Positions 31,852 through 40,192 of a stretch of 64,000 bases of DNA are shown piece by piece (the first letter of the stretch is position 1; the number at the start of each line of letters is the position of its first letter). A program made the position numbers and the translations under genes. The stretch is from positions 21,064 to 85,063 of the forward strand of contig CBDEUP010000007.1 of assembly GCA_965243315.1 (NCBI GenBank), written 5' to 3'. Source of the DNA: Alphaproteobacteria bacterium (GTDB lineage: Bacteria; Pseudomonadota; Alphaproteobacteria; UBA828). The notes beneath the pieces are model-generated. The model worked only from the letters and a program-made list of their open reading frames with translations. It had not been told where the DNA came from and made no database searches.

Positions 31852-32056
31852 TGAGCGGCCGCGACGCATCGCGGTGGCTCAGAAATGCCGAAGACTGGGG
31901 GGTCCGCCCGACTTCCCGGCCCTCGACAGAACTGAGTTGAACTGAAGTAGAGGGTGCCTCCGCTTAGAGGCGCTGTGTTCTGTGCTCGTGATTCCCCAAT
32001 CCCGAGCCCCGAATATAGCGACAAAAGCGGACTCCCGCAACGCAAGGAGTCTGCCC
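31852..32056 (+). ncRNA. Candidate structured leader RNA (five hairpins, last one hides the RBS)
   Basis: Stems at 31852-31881, 31887-31920, 31926-31983, 31984-32007, 32027-32054; single copy, no covariation available. Confidence 0.4.
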
Positions 32057-32335
32057 ATGCGGAACGAAGATGGTCGTGAATTTGACGTCAAACCCCGCGG
32101 GTCTACCTGGAGACCGGATCCAAGGCCCCCAACTCTCCGCATGAAGATATGGCTACAGGCTCAGGCCCATCGAGCTCGAGAAGAGATGGACCTCGACAGC
32201 TTCGATGACAGGTGGAACCTCACAGGCTTCGAGCGCGTAGCCGTTGGCCGTGAGCCCTTCTGGATTGGGAAGACTTCCGCCTTCGACGCGCCTACGAGCG
32301 ACGTCAGAACGCCCTCGCTCAAGCTCGTTGGCTGA
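32057..32335 (+). CDS. Hypothetical protein (92 aa)
   Basis: AGGAG at 32045-32049 then ATG; no family recognised. Confidence 0.45.
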   Translation: MRNEDGREFDVKPRGSTWRPDPRPPTLRMKIWLQAQAHRAREEMDLDSFDDRWNLTGFERVAVGREPFWIGKTSAFDAPTSDVRTPSLKLVG

Positions 32336-32371
32336 TCCGGGTCTGTGGCTTCAGGCTGTAGGAGAAGGCCG

Positions 32372-32779
32372 ATGAGGGTGCTGCCGGTTGCGACGCTTGC
32401 GGCCATCCTATTCGCAACGTATGTCGCGAAGGCGGAAGAGACAGAGCGGGTTGCGGCTCCTCTCCGCCTGTCTACACTGGAACGCAAGGCGGTAGAGGAG
32501 GGCGTCGCATCGATGTTCGAACTCCCAACTGCCCGCCGCACCACCGTTATCGTGCATGTCATGGCCGGGAAAATTCCCAGTGGCACGGAGTATGTCTGCG
32601 GCTACTTCGATTTTATCGGTGGAGATGGAAAATACATCGGAGAGAAGCCGTTTATGGGTGTCTTCATTCCCAGTACTGCGGCCTTCATCCGCAAGACCTT
32701 CGTTCCACTGTCTATCCCAAGGGAGAAGGAGATGGACCAGACACTCAAGTTCTGCCAGGGAATCGGCTTACCGATGTAG
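32372..32779 (+). CDS. Secreted/periplasmic hypothetical protein
   Basis: AGGAG RBS; signal peptide ending AKA; YVCGYF...GKYIGEKPF; two Cys. Confidence 0.65.
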   Translation: MRVLPVATLAAILFATYVAKAEETERVAAPLRLSTLERKAVEEGVASMFELPTARRTTVIVHVMAGKIPSGTEYVCGYFDFIGGDGKYIGEKPFMGVFIPSTAAFIRKTFVPLSIPREKEMDQTLKFCQGIGLPM

Positions 32780-32825
32780 GGCGTGCTCGACCTGTGACGC
32801 CGATTTCAAACTGAGACATTACCCA

Positions 32826-33680
32826 TTATTCAGTTATTTGTTGCTGATCATCGTCATCCTCCCCCTCTCCATCATCCTTGTAGACGAGCTGAAACGTATT
32901 TTCGAGGATTCCCAGCCAAAGCTTCCGTTCCTTGGCTGGCCATCGCTTCCCGGACTTGGGCAACCGACGAATCAGCCCCATGATGATGGGATCGATGTTG
33001 TCAGGAGGTATGTTGCCATCGCCACCCCCACCCCCACCCCCACCATCCTTGCCGCCCCCACCATCCTTCTTGGAAGGGTCGTCTGGTGGAGGTGTCTTGT
33101 TTGTCGAGGCAGACTCATCCCCTTCTGGAAACCCCGGCTTAATAAAGTTTCCTGTTTGCGAATCAATGAATTGTGCAACTTGGGCTGATTTCACGAACGT
33201 TTGTCGTGCGCGCTCGGCTTGCTTTGGTGCCACGCCCAAATCTTTTGCCATTCGCTCCAAAGCAGCGGCCGGCGGCAAAGGGAATCCCTGCTGCTGATCA
33301 TAAATCTTCCGAAACAGCGGAACGTTGAGAAAGGCCGTCGCCTTCGCCCGTGCTGCCCCCTGCGGACTGAGAACCTGTTGCCCCAGGTTGGTGAGCCGGA
33401 CGCTGTTGCCATGCTGAGAATCAATCAGTCCGAATATGCGTGCTGCCGAATAGCGGGAACGAAATGTGCCACCCGTCGCACTCATATTCATCCACGCGGC
33501 AAGTTGGGTGACCTGGCACTGGATGCCCGCCCTCTCGTTGATCACGCGCGCAAGATCAATCGCATTGCCGAGATCGCTGTATGGGAACGCGATGTCGGAC
33601 CTCTCACGCTTCTGCTCTGCGCCGTTGCTCGTGTCGGTAGCGGCTGTGGTTTCAGTCTGTTCGGTTGTCTCAGTGACCAT
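32826..33680 (-). CDS. Hypothetical protein, probable winged-helix DNA-binding
   Basis: 284 aa; FPYSDL...TFRSRYSAARIFGLI...VRLTNLG wHTH-like pattern; Gly-rich linker. Confidence 0.7.
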   Translation of the reverse strand: MVTETTEQTETTAATDTSNGAEQKRERSDIAFPYSDLGNAIDLARVINERAGIQCQVTQLAAWMNMSATGGTFRSRYSAARIFGLIDSQHGNSVRLTNLGQQVLSPQGAARAKATAFLNVPLFRKIYDQQQGFPLPPAAALERMAKDLGVAPKQAERARQTFVKSAQVAQFIDSQTGNFIKPGFPEGDESASTNKTPPPDDPSKKDGGGGKDGGGGGGGGDGNIPPDNIDPIIMGLIRRLPKSGKRWPAKERKLWLGILENTFQLVYKDDGEGEDDDDQQQITE

Positions 33681-33861
33681 TTGTAGGCTCCCGTTGCCTG
33701 GTCGCGGTCATGTGTTGGGGGCGTATATCATGGACGCGCGAGCGTGACAAGAAAAAATGCGTAAATCCGCGTTTCTCTCTACGGTTCGCTACGCGATGTC
33801 ATACCGCCGCTTGCGCGAGGTGGGCATTTATCGTATTAGAGGCGGCAGGAAGGAGGTGCGT

Positions 33862-33951
33862 ATGGCTAGAAGAGAGTGGAGCCCCCACCGGTATCGCCGA
33901 GCGCTGGCGGGGGCGAGGACAAACAGCAGGGGCCGCTGCGCAGTCCCCTAA
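33862..33951 (+). CDS. Putative 29-aa leader peptide upstream of suppressor tRNA, ending in TAA
   Basis: AGGAGGT RBS at 33851-33857; MARREWSPHRYRRALAGARTNSRGRCAVP; the TAA lies in the loop of an 11-bp stem (33929-33939/33959-33969). Confidence 0.5.
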   Translation: MARREWSPHRYRRALAGARTNSRGRCAVP

Positions 33952-33984
33952 GACACAAGCAGCGGCCCCGAATCGGCCCGTCTA

Positions 33985-34073
33985 GGAGGCGTGGCAGAGT
34001 GGTCGAATGCAGCGGTCTTTAAAACCGCCAGACCTCCCGGGTCTCGTGGGTTCGAATCCCACCGCCTCCGCCA
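33985..34073 (+). tRNA. tRNA with Ser body and UUA anticodon (ochre suppressor)
   Basis: Acceptor GGAGGCG/CGCCTCC, G73, CCA; anticodon arm GCGGT-CTTTAAA-ACCGC; long variable arm AGACCT/GGGTCT; T arm GTGGG-TTCGAAT-CCCAC. Confidence 0.92.
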
Positions 34074-34084
34074 GACCCCACTAA

Positions 34085-34121
34085 GGCCGACGTGTCCATA
34101 GCACGTCGGCCCATATTTTTT
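34085..34121 (+). terminator. Intrinsic terminator after tRNA
   Basis: GGCCGACGTG-tccatag-CACGTCGGCC followed by catatttttt. Confidence 0.75.
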
Positions 34122-34124
34122 AAA

Positions 34125-34200
34125 TCAATCCTTTGCCCAGCGCTTCGCAGCGGCCTTCCGCACGATCTCTCGCCGCCGTTCTGCCGAGAGGGCGAGTGTC
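34125..34200 (-). pseudogene. Decayed small basic protein gene downstream of the transposase
   Basis: Reads LSAERRREIVRKAAAKRWAKD* without a clear start; motif recalled from small ORFs of IS-associated regions. Confidence 0.4.
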
Positions 34201-34260
34201 TCTCGCGATGTGCCGAGCCGGGATGGGGTCCCGGCTCTCCTGCGTCGGCTCGGTAGGTTA

Positions 34261-35232
34261 CTACGACCTCGTGCCGCTCGATAGGCCGTTGTCTGCGATC
34301 AGCTCCCGGTAGCGCAGCCGCTTCCCGACCCCGCCATCGGCGACCGTGCCCATCATGTCGATGGTGTCGCGATCGCGCATGTTGTGCCGGGCTGCGAATT
34401 CCTGGACGTAGCGGTCCATGTGCTTCGGCGACAGCTTGTGGAACGTGCCGGTATGGCTCCGCTTCAACATGGACCAAAATGACTCGATTCCCTGCGTCCC
34501 CACGCCATCGTCCCGGACATACTCACCGGCCGAGTGATTCACGCTCTCGCGGTTCGGCAGGCCGCTATAGGCGCGCGCCTCGTCGGTGTAGATGGTGGCG
34601 CCTGGGGCCGCGTGGGTGCCGACAAAGGCGCTCAGGGTCTCTTTGTCCGCCGCCTCGATCGTCTGAGCGCGCACGGCACCGGTAGCCCTGTCGCGGGCAC
34701 CGGCGACGATGGTCTTGCCCAGGTCCGGCTTCTGGCGGGCCTCTCGGCGCTTCTTGCCGTGCATGTTCTTCATCTTGCCGCCGATGTAGGTCTCGTCCAC
34801 CTCAACCGGGCCAGAGAACACGCCGCCTTCGTTCGCCAGGGCAACCCGCAGCCGATGGGCGAGGAACCACGCGCTGCGCTGGTTGATGTTCAGGTCGCGA
34901 TGCAGCTTCATGGACGAAACGGACTTCAAGCTGGTGGTCATCAGGTAGGTGGCGATCATCCACACCTGGAAGCCGAGCTTGGAGCCCTCCATGACCGTGC
35001 CGGACTTCGCGCTGAAGCGCTTGGCACATTCCTTCTCGCGGCACCGGAAAGGCATCGTCTTGTGTTTCGCGCCGGTCTGCACGTTGACCGAACCGCAGTG
35101 CGGGCAGGTGATCCCGTCCGGCCAGCGACGCTCGATGAACCACGCCTCAGCGGTGGCGTCATCCGGGAACTTCCGCATGAGCTCGACCAGCGACATGCCT
35201 TCGCGGTGAGATTTTCCGGGTGCCTTCGCCAT
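34261..35232 (-). CDS. IS1595-family transposase
   Basis: Zn ribbon CPHC...CREKEC, HTH, VEVDETYIGG, IYTDE, IESFW, RLRYRELI. Confidence 0.95.
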   Translation of the reverse strand: MAKAPGKSHREGMSLVELMRKFPDDATAEAWFIERRWPDGITCPHCGSVNVQTGAKHKTMPFRCREKECAKRFSAKSGTVMEGSKLGFQVWMIATYLMTTSLKSVSSMKLHRDLNINQRSAWFLAHRLRVALANEGGVFSGPVEVDETYIGGKMKNMHGKKRREARQKPDLGKTIVAGARDRATGAVRAQTIEAADKETLSAFVGTHAAPGATIYTDEARAYSGLPNRESVNHSAGEYVRDDGVGTQGIESFWSMLKRSHTGTFHKLSPKHMDRYVQEFAARHNMRDRDTIDMMGTVADGGVGKRLRYRELIADNGLSSGTRS

Positions 35233-35473
35233 GGTGATCGCTTCTCTGAGAACACCATGATTTTACAGGAGAGTGCCGAAGACGTCAAGCCGGATATCAC
35301 GCTGGTTCTCTTGTTCACGGGTTAGACGTTAGGGTAGCCTGAAACGACATCGGGCCGGGATTATCCCGGCCCTCCGAAGGTGGCGATCGCCACGAGTGTC
35401 TGCCCGACGCTCGTGATCATGCCGCAGCCGCTGTGCATGGTCAATGACGATTTCCGCCAGGAAGGAAATCGTC

Positions 35474-35677
35474 ATGACCAAGAAGCACCCCATGGGTTTC
35501 GCCATCACCAGCACTAAGACGCGGCCACGCCAGTTATCACCGCATGAGAGACAGGTACTGTTCACCGCAGAGGCCGCCCGCTTCAGGGAGAATATGGACC
35601 CAGCCAGTCACGATGAAGGTTGGGAGCTTGCGCGACAAGAAGTAGAAGCCGGACTCTGGCCTGGCATTTCACACTGA
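35474..35677 (+). CDS. Small hypothetical protein
   Basis: 67 aa after AAGGA; divergent from the transposase. Confidence 0.35.
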   Translation: MTKKHPMGFAITSTKTRPRQLSPHERQVLFTAEAARFRENMDPASHDEGWELARQEVEAGLWPGISH

Positions 35678-35716
35678 GGCACTACCGGGATTTCGGCACT
35701 GTCCTACATAATCCCC

Positions 35717-35815
35717 CATTTTTCACCTGACGACCACGAGCCGACCGACATTGAAAAACTGGAGAGGGTGGCTCAATTTTTCCGTGGCCTTACGCGTTTA
35801 CAGCGAACAGATTGA
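35717..35815 (+). pseudogene. CBS-HEPN protein, separated 3' end
   Basis: HFSPDDHEPTDIEKLERVAQFFRGLTRLQRTD* continues RNEIMH across the TSD; 340 aa when rejoined. Confidence 0.85.
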
Positions 35816-36049
35816 CTATCCTGAGGTTCCGAATTTAATGAGACACACGCACACGAAAGCAAGTAGCTCAGCTCACGAGAATCCCAACGAGTAGGTGGAA
35901 CTCGATTTTCTACTTTAGGACCAAGTGTTGGCAGACGACCTAGTGCTTAGCCCAGCCTCCGCACATTGACAGTATGCAACTTCCGCTAACCTACACATGT
36001 CTATGCTATTCTCACCGTCCAGCCCACGAGAGAATTATCGAGAGCACGC

Positions 36050-37222
36050 ATGACCTCCAACCGAATGCCTGGCCTGGATTTCGGGCTCGGCGAGACAGCC
36101 GACATGATCCGCTCGTCGGTCGAGAGCTTCGCGCAGGCGGAGATCGCGCCGCGCGCGGAAGAGATCGACACGAGCAACGAGTTCCCGCGCGACCTCTGGC
36201 CCAGGCTCGGCGCGCTTGGCCTGCTCGGCATCACCGTGGAGGAGGAGGAAGGCGGCAGCGGCCTCGGCTACCTGGAGCATTGCGTCGCCATGGAGGAGGT
36301 GAGCCGGGCCTCCGCCTCGGTCGGCCTCAGCTACGGCGCGCATTCCAACCTCTGCGTCAACCAGATCAGGCTCAACGGCACGCCCGCCCAGCGCGCCCGC
36401 CACCTGCCCGAGCTGATCTCGGGCGAGCATGTCGGCGCGCTCGCCATGAGCGAGCCGGGCGCAGGCTCGGACGTCGTCGGCATGCGCACCCGCGCCGAAC
36501 GCCGGGGCGATCGCTACGTCCTCAACGGGTCCAAAATGTGGATCACCAACGGGCCGGACGCCGAGGTCCTCGTGGTCTACGCCAAGACCGACCCCGAAGC
36601 CGGTAGCCGGGGCATCACCGCCTTCCTGATCGAGCAGGGCATGGCCGGCTTTTCCACCGCCCAGAAGCTCGACAAGCTCGGCATGCGGGGCTCCAACACG
36701 TCCGAGCTGGTGTTCGAGGACTGCGAGGTGCCGGCGGAGAACGTGATCGGCGAGGTGGGCGGCGGCGTGGCCGTGCTGATGAGCGGGCTCGACTACGAAC
36801 GCGCGGTGCTCGCCGCCGGGCCCCTGGGCATCATGCGCGCCTGCATGGACATCGTGCTGCCTTACGTCCACCAGCGCCAGCAATTCGGCCGGCCTATCGG
36901 CACCTTCCAGCTCATGCAGGGCAAGATCGCGGACATGTACACGGCGATGAACGCGGCCCGCGCCTACGTCTACGCCGTGGCGCGCGCGTGCGACCGGGGC
37001 GAGACCAGCCGCAAGGACGCCGCCGGCGCCATCCTCTTCGCCGCCGAGAAGGCGACCTGGATGGCGCTCGAGGCGATCCAGGCGCTGGGCGGCAACGGCT
37101 ACGTCAACGAGTTCGCCACCGGGCGCCTCCTGCGCGACGCCAAGCTCTACGAGATCGGTGCCGGCACCAGCGAGATCCGCCGCATGCTCATCGGCCGCGA
37201 GCTCTTCGAGGAGACGGGGTAG
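36050..37222 (+). CDS. ivd: Isovaleryl-CoA dehydrogenase
   Basis: [49 protein letters not shown]. Confidence 0.92.
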   Translation: MTSNRMPGLDFGLGETADMIRSSVESFAQAEIAPRAEEIDTSNEFPRDLWPRLGALGLLGITVEEEEGGSGLGYLEHCVAMEEVSRASASVGLSYGAHSNLCVNQIRLNGTPAQRARHLPELISGEHVGALAMSEPGAGSDVVGMRTRAERRGDRYVLNGSKMWITNGPDAEVLVVYAKTDPEAGSRGITAFLIEQGMAGFSTAQKLDKLGMRGSNTSELVFEDCEVPAENVIGEVGGGVAVLMSGLDYERAVLAAGPLGIMRACMDIVLPYVHQRQQFGRPIGTFQLMQGKIADMYTAMNAARAYVYAVARACDRGETSRKDAAGAILFAAEKATWMALEAIQALGGNGYVNEFATGRLLRDAKLYEIGAGTSEIRRMLIGRELFEETG

Positions 37223-37303
37223 GCTTTTTCGTTTCCCTCAGTCGCCGGGCGCTCGCTCCGTTCGATCGTGCGCTCCGCGCGCGTGGACGCGCGACGCTAC
37301 GCG

Positions 37304-39016
37304 CTAACGCGCGCGGCGCAGTCGCGCCGTCCGGGCCGCTTCGCGGCCCGGTCCGCTATTACCCAGCACCTCGGGCGTGTCGGAGCGTTCGACGAAGCTG
37401 AACCCCGCGTAGCCCTCCGCCACCACCTCGTCGCACTTCCGCACGTAGTCCGGGAAGCCGATGTAGGGCATGAAGACGGGCGCCTTCCCCGGAATGTTCG
37501 AGCCGATGTACCAGGACTTGGTCTTGGTATAGAGCGTGGCGTCGGCCACCTCGTTGACGTGGGCGACCCACGCGTCCTCCGCCTCGACGGTCGCCTCGAC
37601 GCAGGCGAACCCGTTCTCGCGCATGTAGCCGATGCAGTCCGCGATCCACTCGACGTTCTGCTCGATGGACTGGACCATATTGCTCAGCACCGACGGGCTG
37701 CCCGGCCCGGCGATGATGTGGAGGTTGGGGAAACCCGCCGTCGCGACGCCGAGCAGGGATCGCGGCCCCTCTTTCCATTTCTCGGCCAGTGAGCGGCCGC
37801 CGATGCCGCGAATGTCGATGCGGGTCAGCGGGCCGGTCATGGCGTCGAACCCGGTGGCGAAGATCAGCGCGTCGAACGCGTAGTCGCGGTCGCCCACCTT
37901 GAGGCCGGCGCGGGTGATCTCCCCGATCGGCGTCTCGCTCACGTCGACGAGGGTGACGTTCGCCCGGTTGTAGGTCGCGTAATAGTCGGTGTCGACGCAG
38001 GTTCGCTTGCAGCCGATGTGGTAGTGGGGCGAGAGCAGCTCCGCCACCGCCGGGTCGTGCACCGTCGCGCGAATCTTGGCGCGGACGAACTCGGCCGCCG
38101 TGTCGTTGGCCTCCGCGGTCGCGAAGAGATCTGAGAACGCGCCCAGGAAGCCAATGCCGCAGGTCAGCCAGCGCTCTTCGTAGACGGCGTCGCGCTCCTC
38201 CGCGCCTACGTCGAACACGCCGCTCTCGCCCACGGCGAAATCGATGCCAGAGCGGTTCTGTCGCGCCCGCGCCCGAAGGCCCGCGTAATCCGCCTTGACC
38301 GCCTTCTGCACCTCGGGGTCGAGCGGCGCGTTGAAGGCGGGAATGCTGTAGTTCGGCGTGCGCTGGAAGACGTAGAGATGCGCCGCCTGCTCGGCGATGA
38401 GCGGGATGCACTGGATGGCCGAGGAGCCGGTGCCGATGATGCCCACCCGCCGGCCCGAAAAGTCGATCTCTTCCTCGGGCCAGTCTCCGGTGTGGTAGGT
38501 CGCGCCGGCGAAGGAGCCGATGCCCTCGAAGTCCGGGATATTGCGCGCGGAGAGGCAGCCGCTCGCCATGATGCAGTGGGTCGCGGTCACGCGCGCGCCG
38601 TCGTCGGTCTCCACCGTCCAGCGCCCGGCCGCCTCGTCGAAGGTCGCGGCGGTCACGCGGGTGTCGAAGCGGATGTCGCGGCGGAGGTCGAAGCGGTCGG
38701 CGACGTGGTTGAGGTAGCGCAGGATTTCCGGCTGGGTGGCGTAGCGCTCCGTCCACTCCCACTCCTGCTGCAGCGCGTCGTCGAACTGGTAGGAATACTC
38801 CATGCTCTCGACGTCGCACCGCGCGCCGGGATAGCGGTTCCAGAACCAAGTGCCGCCGACGCCGCTCCCGATCTCGAAGACCCGCGCGCTCAGCCCCATG
38901 CTCCGAAGCCGGTGGAGCGAGTAGAGCCCGGCGAAACCGGCGCCGACGATCACGGCATCGAAATCGCAGACCGGCGCGTGGGTCCCGCCCGGCCGTTCCG
39001 CTTGCGGGTCAGGCAC
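37304..39016 (-). CDS. Baeyer-Villiger monooxygenase (CHMO/PAMO/steroid MO family)
   Basis: GAGFAG, GGTWFWNRYPG, fingerprint FAGATYHTGDW, GTGSS, ATGFD. Confidence 0.93.
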   Translation of the reverse strand: MPDPQAERPGGTHAPVCDFDAVIVGAGFAGLYSLHRLRSMGLSARVFEIGSGVGGTWFWNRYPGARCDVESMEYSYQFDDALQQEWEWTERYATQPEILRYLNHVADRFDLRRDIRFDTRVTAATFDEAAGRWTVETDDGARVTATHCIMASGCLSARNIPDFEGIGSFAGATYHTGDWPEEEIDFSGRRVGIIGTGSSAIQCIPLIAEQAAHLYVFQRTPNYSIPAFNAPLDPEVQKAVKADYAGLRARARQNRSGIDFAVGESGVFDVGAEERDAVYEERWLTCGIGFLGAFSDLFATAEANDTAAEFVRAKIRATVHDPAVAELLSPHYHIGCKRTCVDTDYYATYNRANVTLVDVSETPIGEITRAGLKVGDRDYAFDALIFATGFDAMTGPLTRIDIRGIGGRSLAEKWKEGPRSLLGVATAGFPNLHIIAGPGSPSVLSNMVQSIEQNVEWIADCIGYMRENGFACVEATVEAEDAWVAHVNEVADATLYTKTKSWYIGSNIPGKAPVFMPYIGFPDYVRKCDEVVAEGYAGFSFVERSDTPEVLGNSGPGREAARTARLRRAR

Positions 39017-39097
39017 GAAAGCCCCCGTCCGCTATGGCGCCGGGCGAAGAGTCCGACGCCGCATTCGCCGATGTCAAGCGGCCGCGGGGACGAGACA

Positions 39098-40192
39098 CTA
39101 ACCGCCTCTTCGCCACCGCTTCCAATACCGGTCCAACACTTCGTCCAGCTCCAGGCCGCCCATCAGCCCGTCCGAGCGCAGGCACATCACCAGCACGATG
39201 ATGACGCCCAGCATGAGGCTGCCGAGCCCGAACAGGTCGGGCAGCTGCGCGCCCAGGATGACCGGCCCGCTCTCCAGGTGGCGGATCAGCTCCATGGCGA
39301 CCGAAATCAGCACCACGCCCACCACCGCGCCGGTCACCGAGCGCATGCCGCCGAGGATGTGCATGGCAAGCGTGAGGAACGCGGCGTGAAAGTAGAAGGC
39401 GCGGGCGTTCACCGTGCCCAGGTAGTAGGCATAGAGCGCACCGGCGATGCCGCACACCACGCCGCCCAGCACCCAGGCGATCAGCCGGAGCGCCCGGATG
39501 TTCACGCCCATCGATTCGGCCGCGAGCATATTGGTGGCGCTGGCGCGAAGCTGCACACCGATGCGCGAGTCCTTGAACAGTCGCGCGACCAGGATGACGA
39601 GGGCGGTCGCGACCATCATGGTCTCGATCCCCGCCACTTTCGGTATGCCGTAAAACGCCTGGGTGCCCCGGAACAGGTCGACCCAGTGCACGAAGACGCC
39701 GTGGATGATGACGAGGATGGCGAGCGTCAGGATCGTCGCCGCGATTCCCGAAAGCCGGACCAGAAAGAGCCCGGTCAGGGCCGCGATGATCCCGGTGATC
39801 GACACCGCGGCGACGAACGAGGAGACGATGCCGAGTTGAACCTCGCCGAGACCGAACGGCGCATTGGGAATCAGCGTCTTCTTGATCACCAGCGGCACCG
39901 CGAAGATCGACGTGAGATAGGCGCCGAGACCCATGAAGCCAGGGTGGGCCAGGTTGGCCACGTTGGCGTTGCCCATGAAGATTTGCAGGCCGAGCACCAG
40001 GATCAGGTTGATGTAGGCGGCGACGGCGAGGCGCACCTGGTAGGGCTCGCCGAACAGCATGATGAGCAGGCCGATGCCCACCGCGAAGGCTGCGATGATC
40101 GTGGCGCCCCGCACCGATCTGAGCGTCCGCGCCCCCTCCACGTGCCAGAGGCGCCGGCGCGGACGGCTGCTATCCACGGTCGGCGCGCTCAA
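39098..40192 (-). CDS. Branched-chain amino acid-type ABC permease (LivM-like)
   Basis: Polytopic membrane protein, LAHPGFMGLGAY, LGGMRS; operon context. Confidence 0.88.
   Translation of the reverse strand: MSAPTVDSSRPRRRLWHVEGARTLRSVRGATIIAAFAVGIGLLIMLFGEPYQVRLAVAAYINLILVLGLQIFMGNANVANLAHPGFMGLGAYLTSIFAVPLVIKKTLIPNAPFGLGEVQLGIVSSFVAAVSITGIIAALTGLFLVRLSGIAATILTLAILVIIHGVFVHWVDLFRGTQAFYGIPKVAGIETMMVATALVILVARLFKDSRIGVQLRASATNMLAAESMGVNIRALRLIAWVLGGVVCGIAGALYAYYLGTVNARAFYFHAAFLTLAMHILGGMRSVTGAVVGVVLISVAMELIRHLESGPVILGAQLPDLFGLGSLMLGVIIVLVMCLRSDGLMGGLELDEVLDRYWKRWRRGG

Larger units (their letters stand above)
30129..35716 (-). mobile_element. IS1595-family transposon with passenger genes, 5588 bp
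   Basis: IRs 30129-30154 and 35691-35716 (25/26 identical); 8-bp TSD CATTTTTC at 30121-30128 and 35717-35724; single transposase. Confidence 0.93.

Noticed and set aside
31940-31975. Lysine riboswitch (GAAGTAGAGG resemblance)
   Set aside because: Only a short motif matches; the multi-helix architecture and lysine-related context are absent.
30160-33680. Cargo genes with internal TAA/TAG rescued by the suppressor tRNA
   Set aside because: Manual readthrough of the TAG at 32779 and the TAA at 32826 gave only short, unrecognisable extensions.
33985-34073. tRNA as selenocysteine/pyrrolysine tRNA or as an integration-site remnant
   Set aside because: Anticodon is UUA (not UCA/CUA), the acceptor stem is a canonical 7 bp, and the gene is complete inside IS ends with no duplicated 3' end.
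37250-37356. GC-rich hairpins between convergent genes (also 23280-23400, 51050-51145)
   Set aside because: No clear shared consensus; likely terminators or REP-like palindromes.
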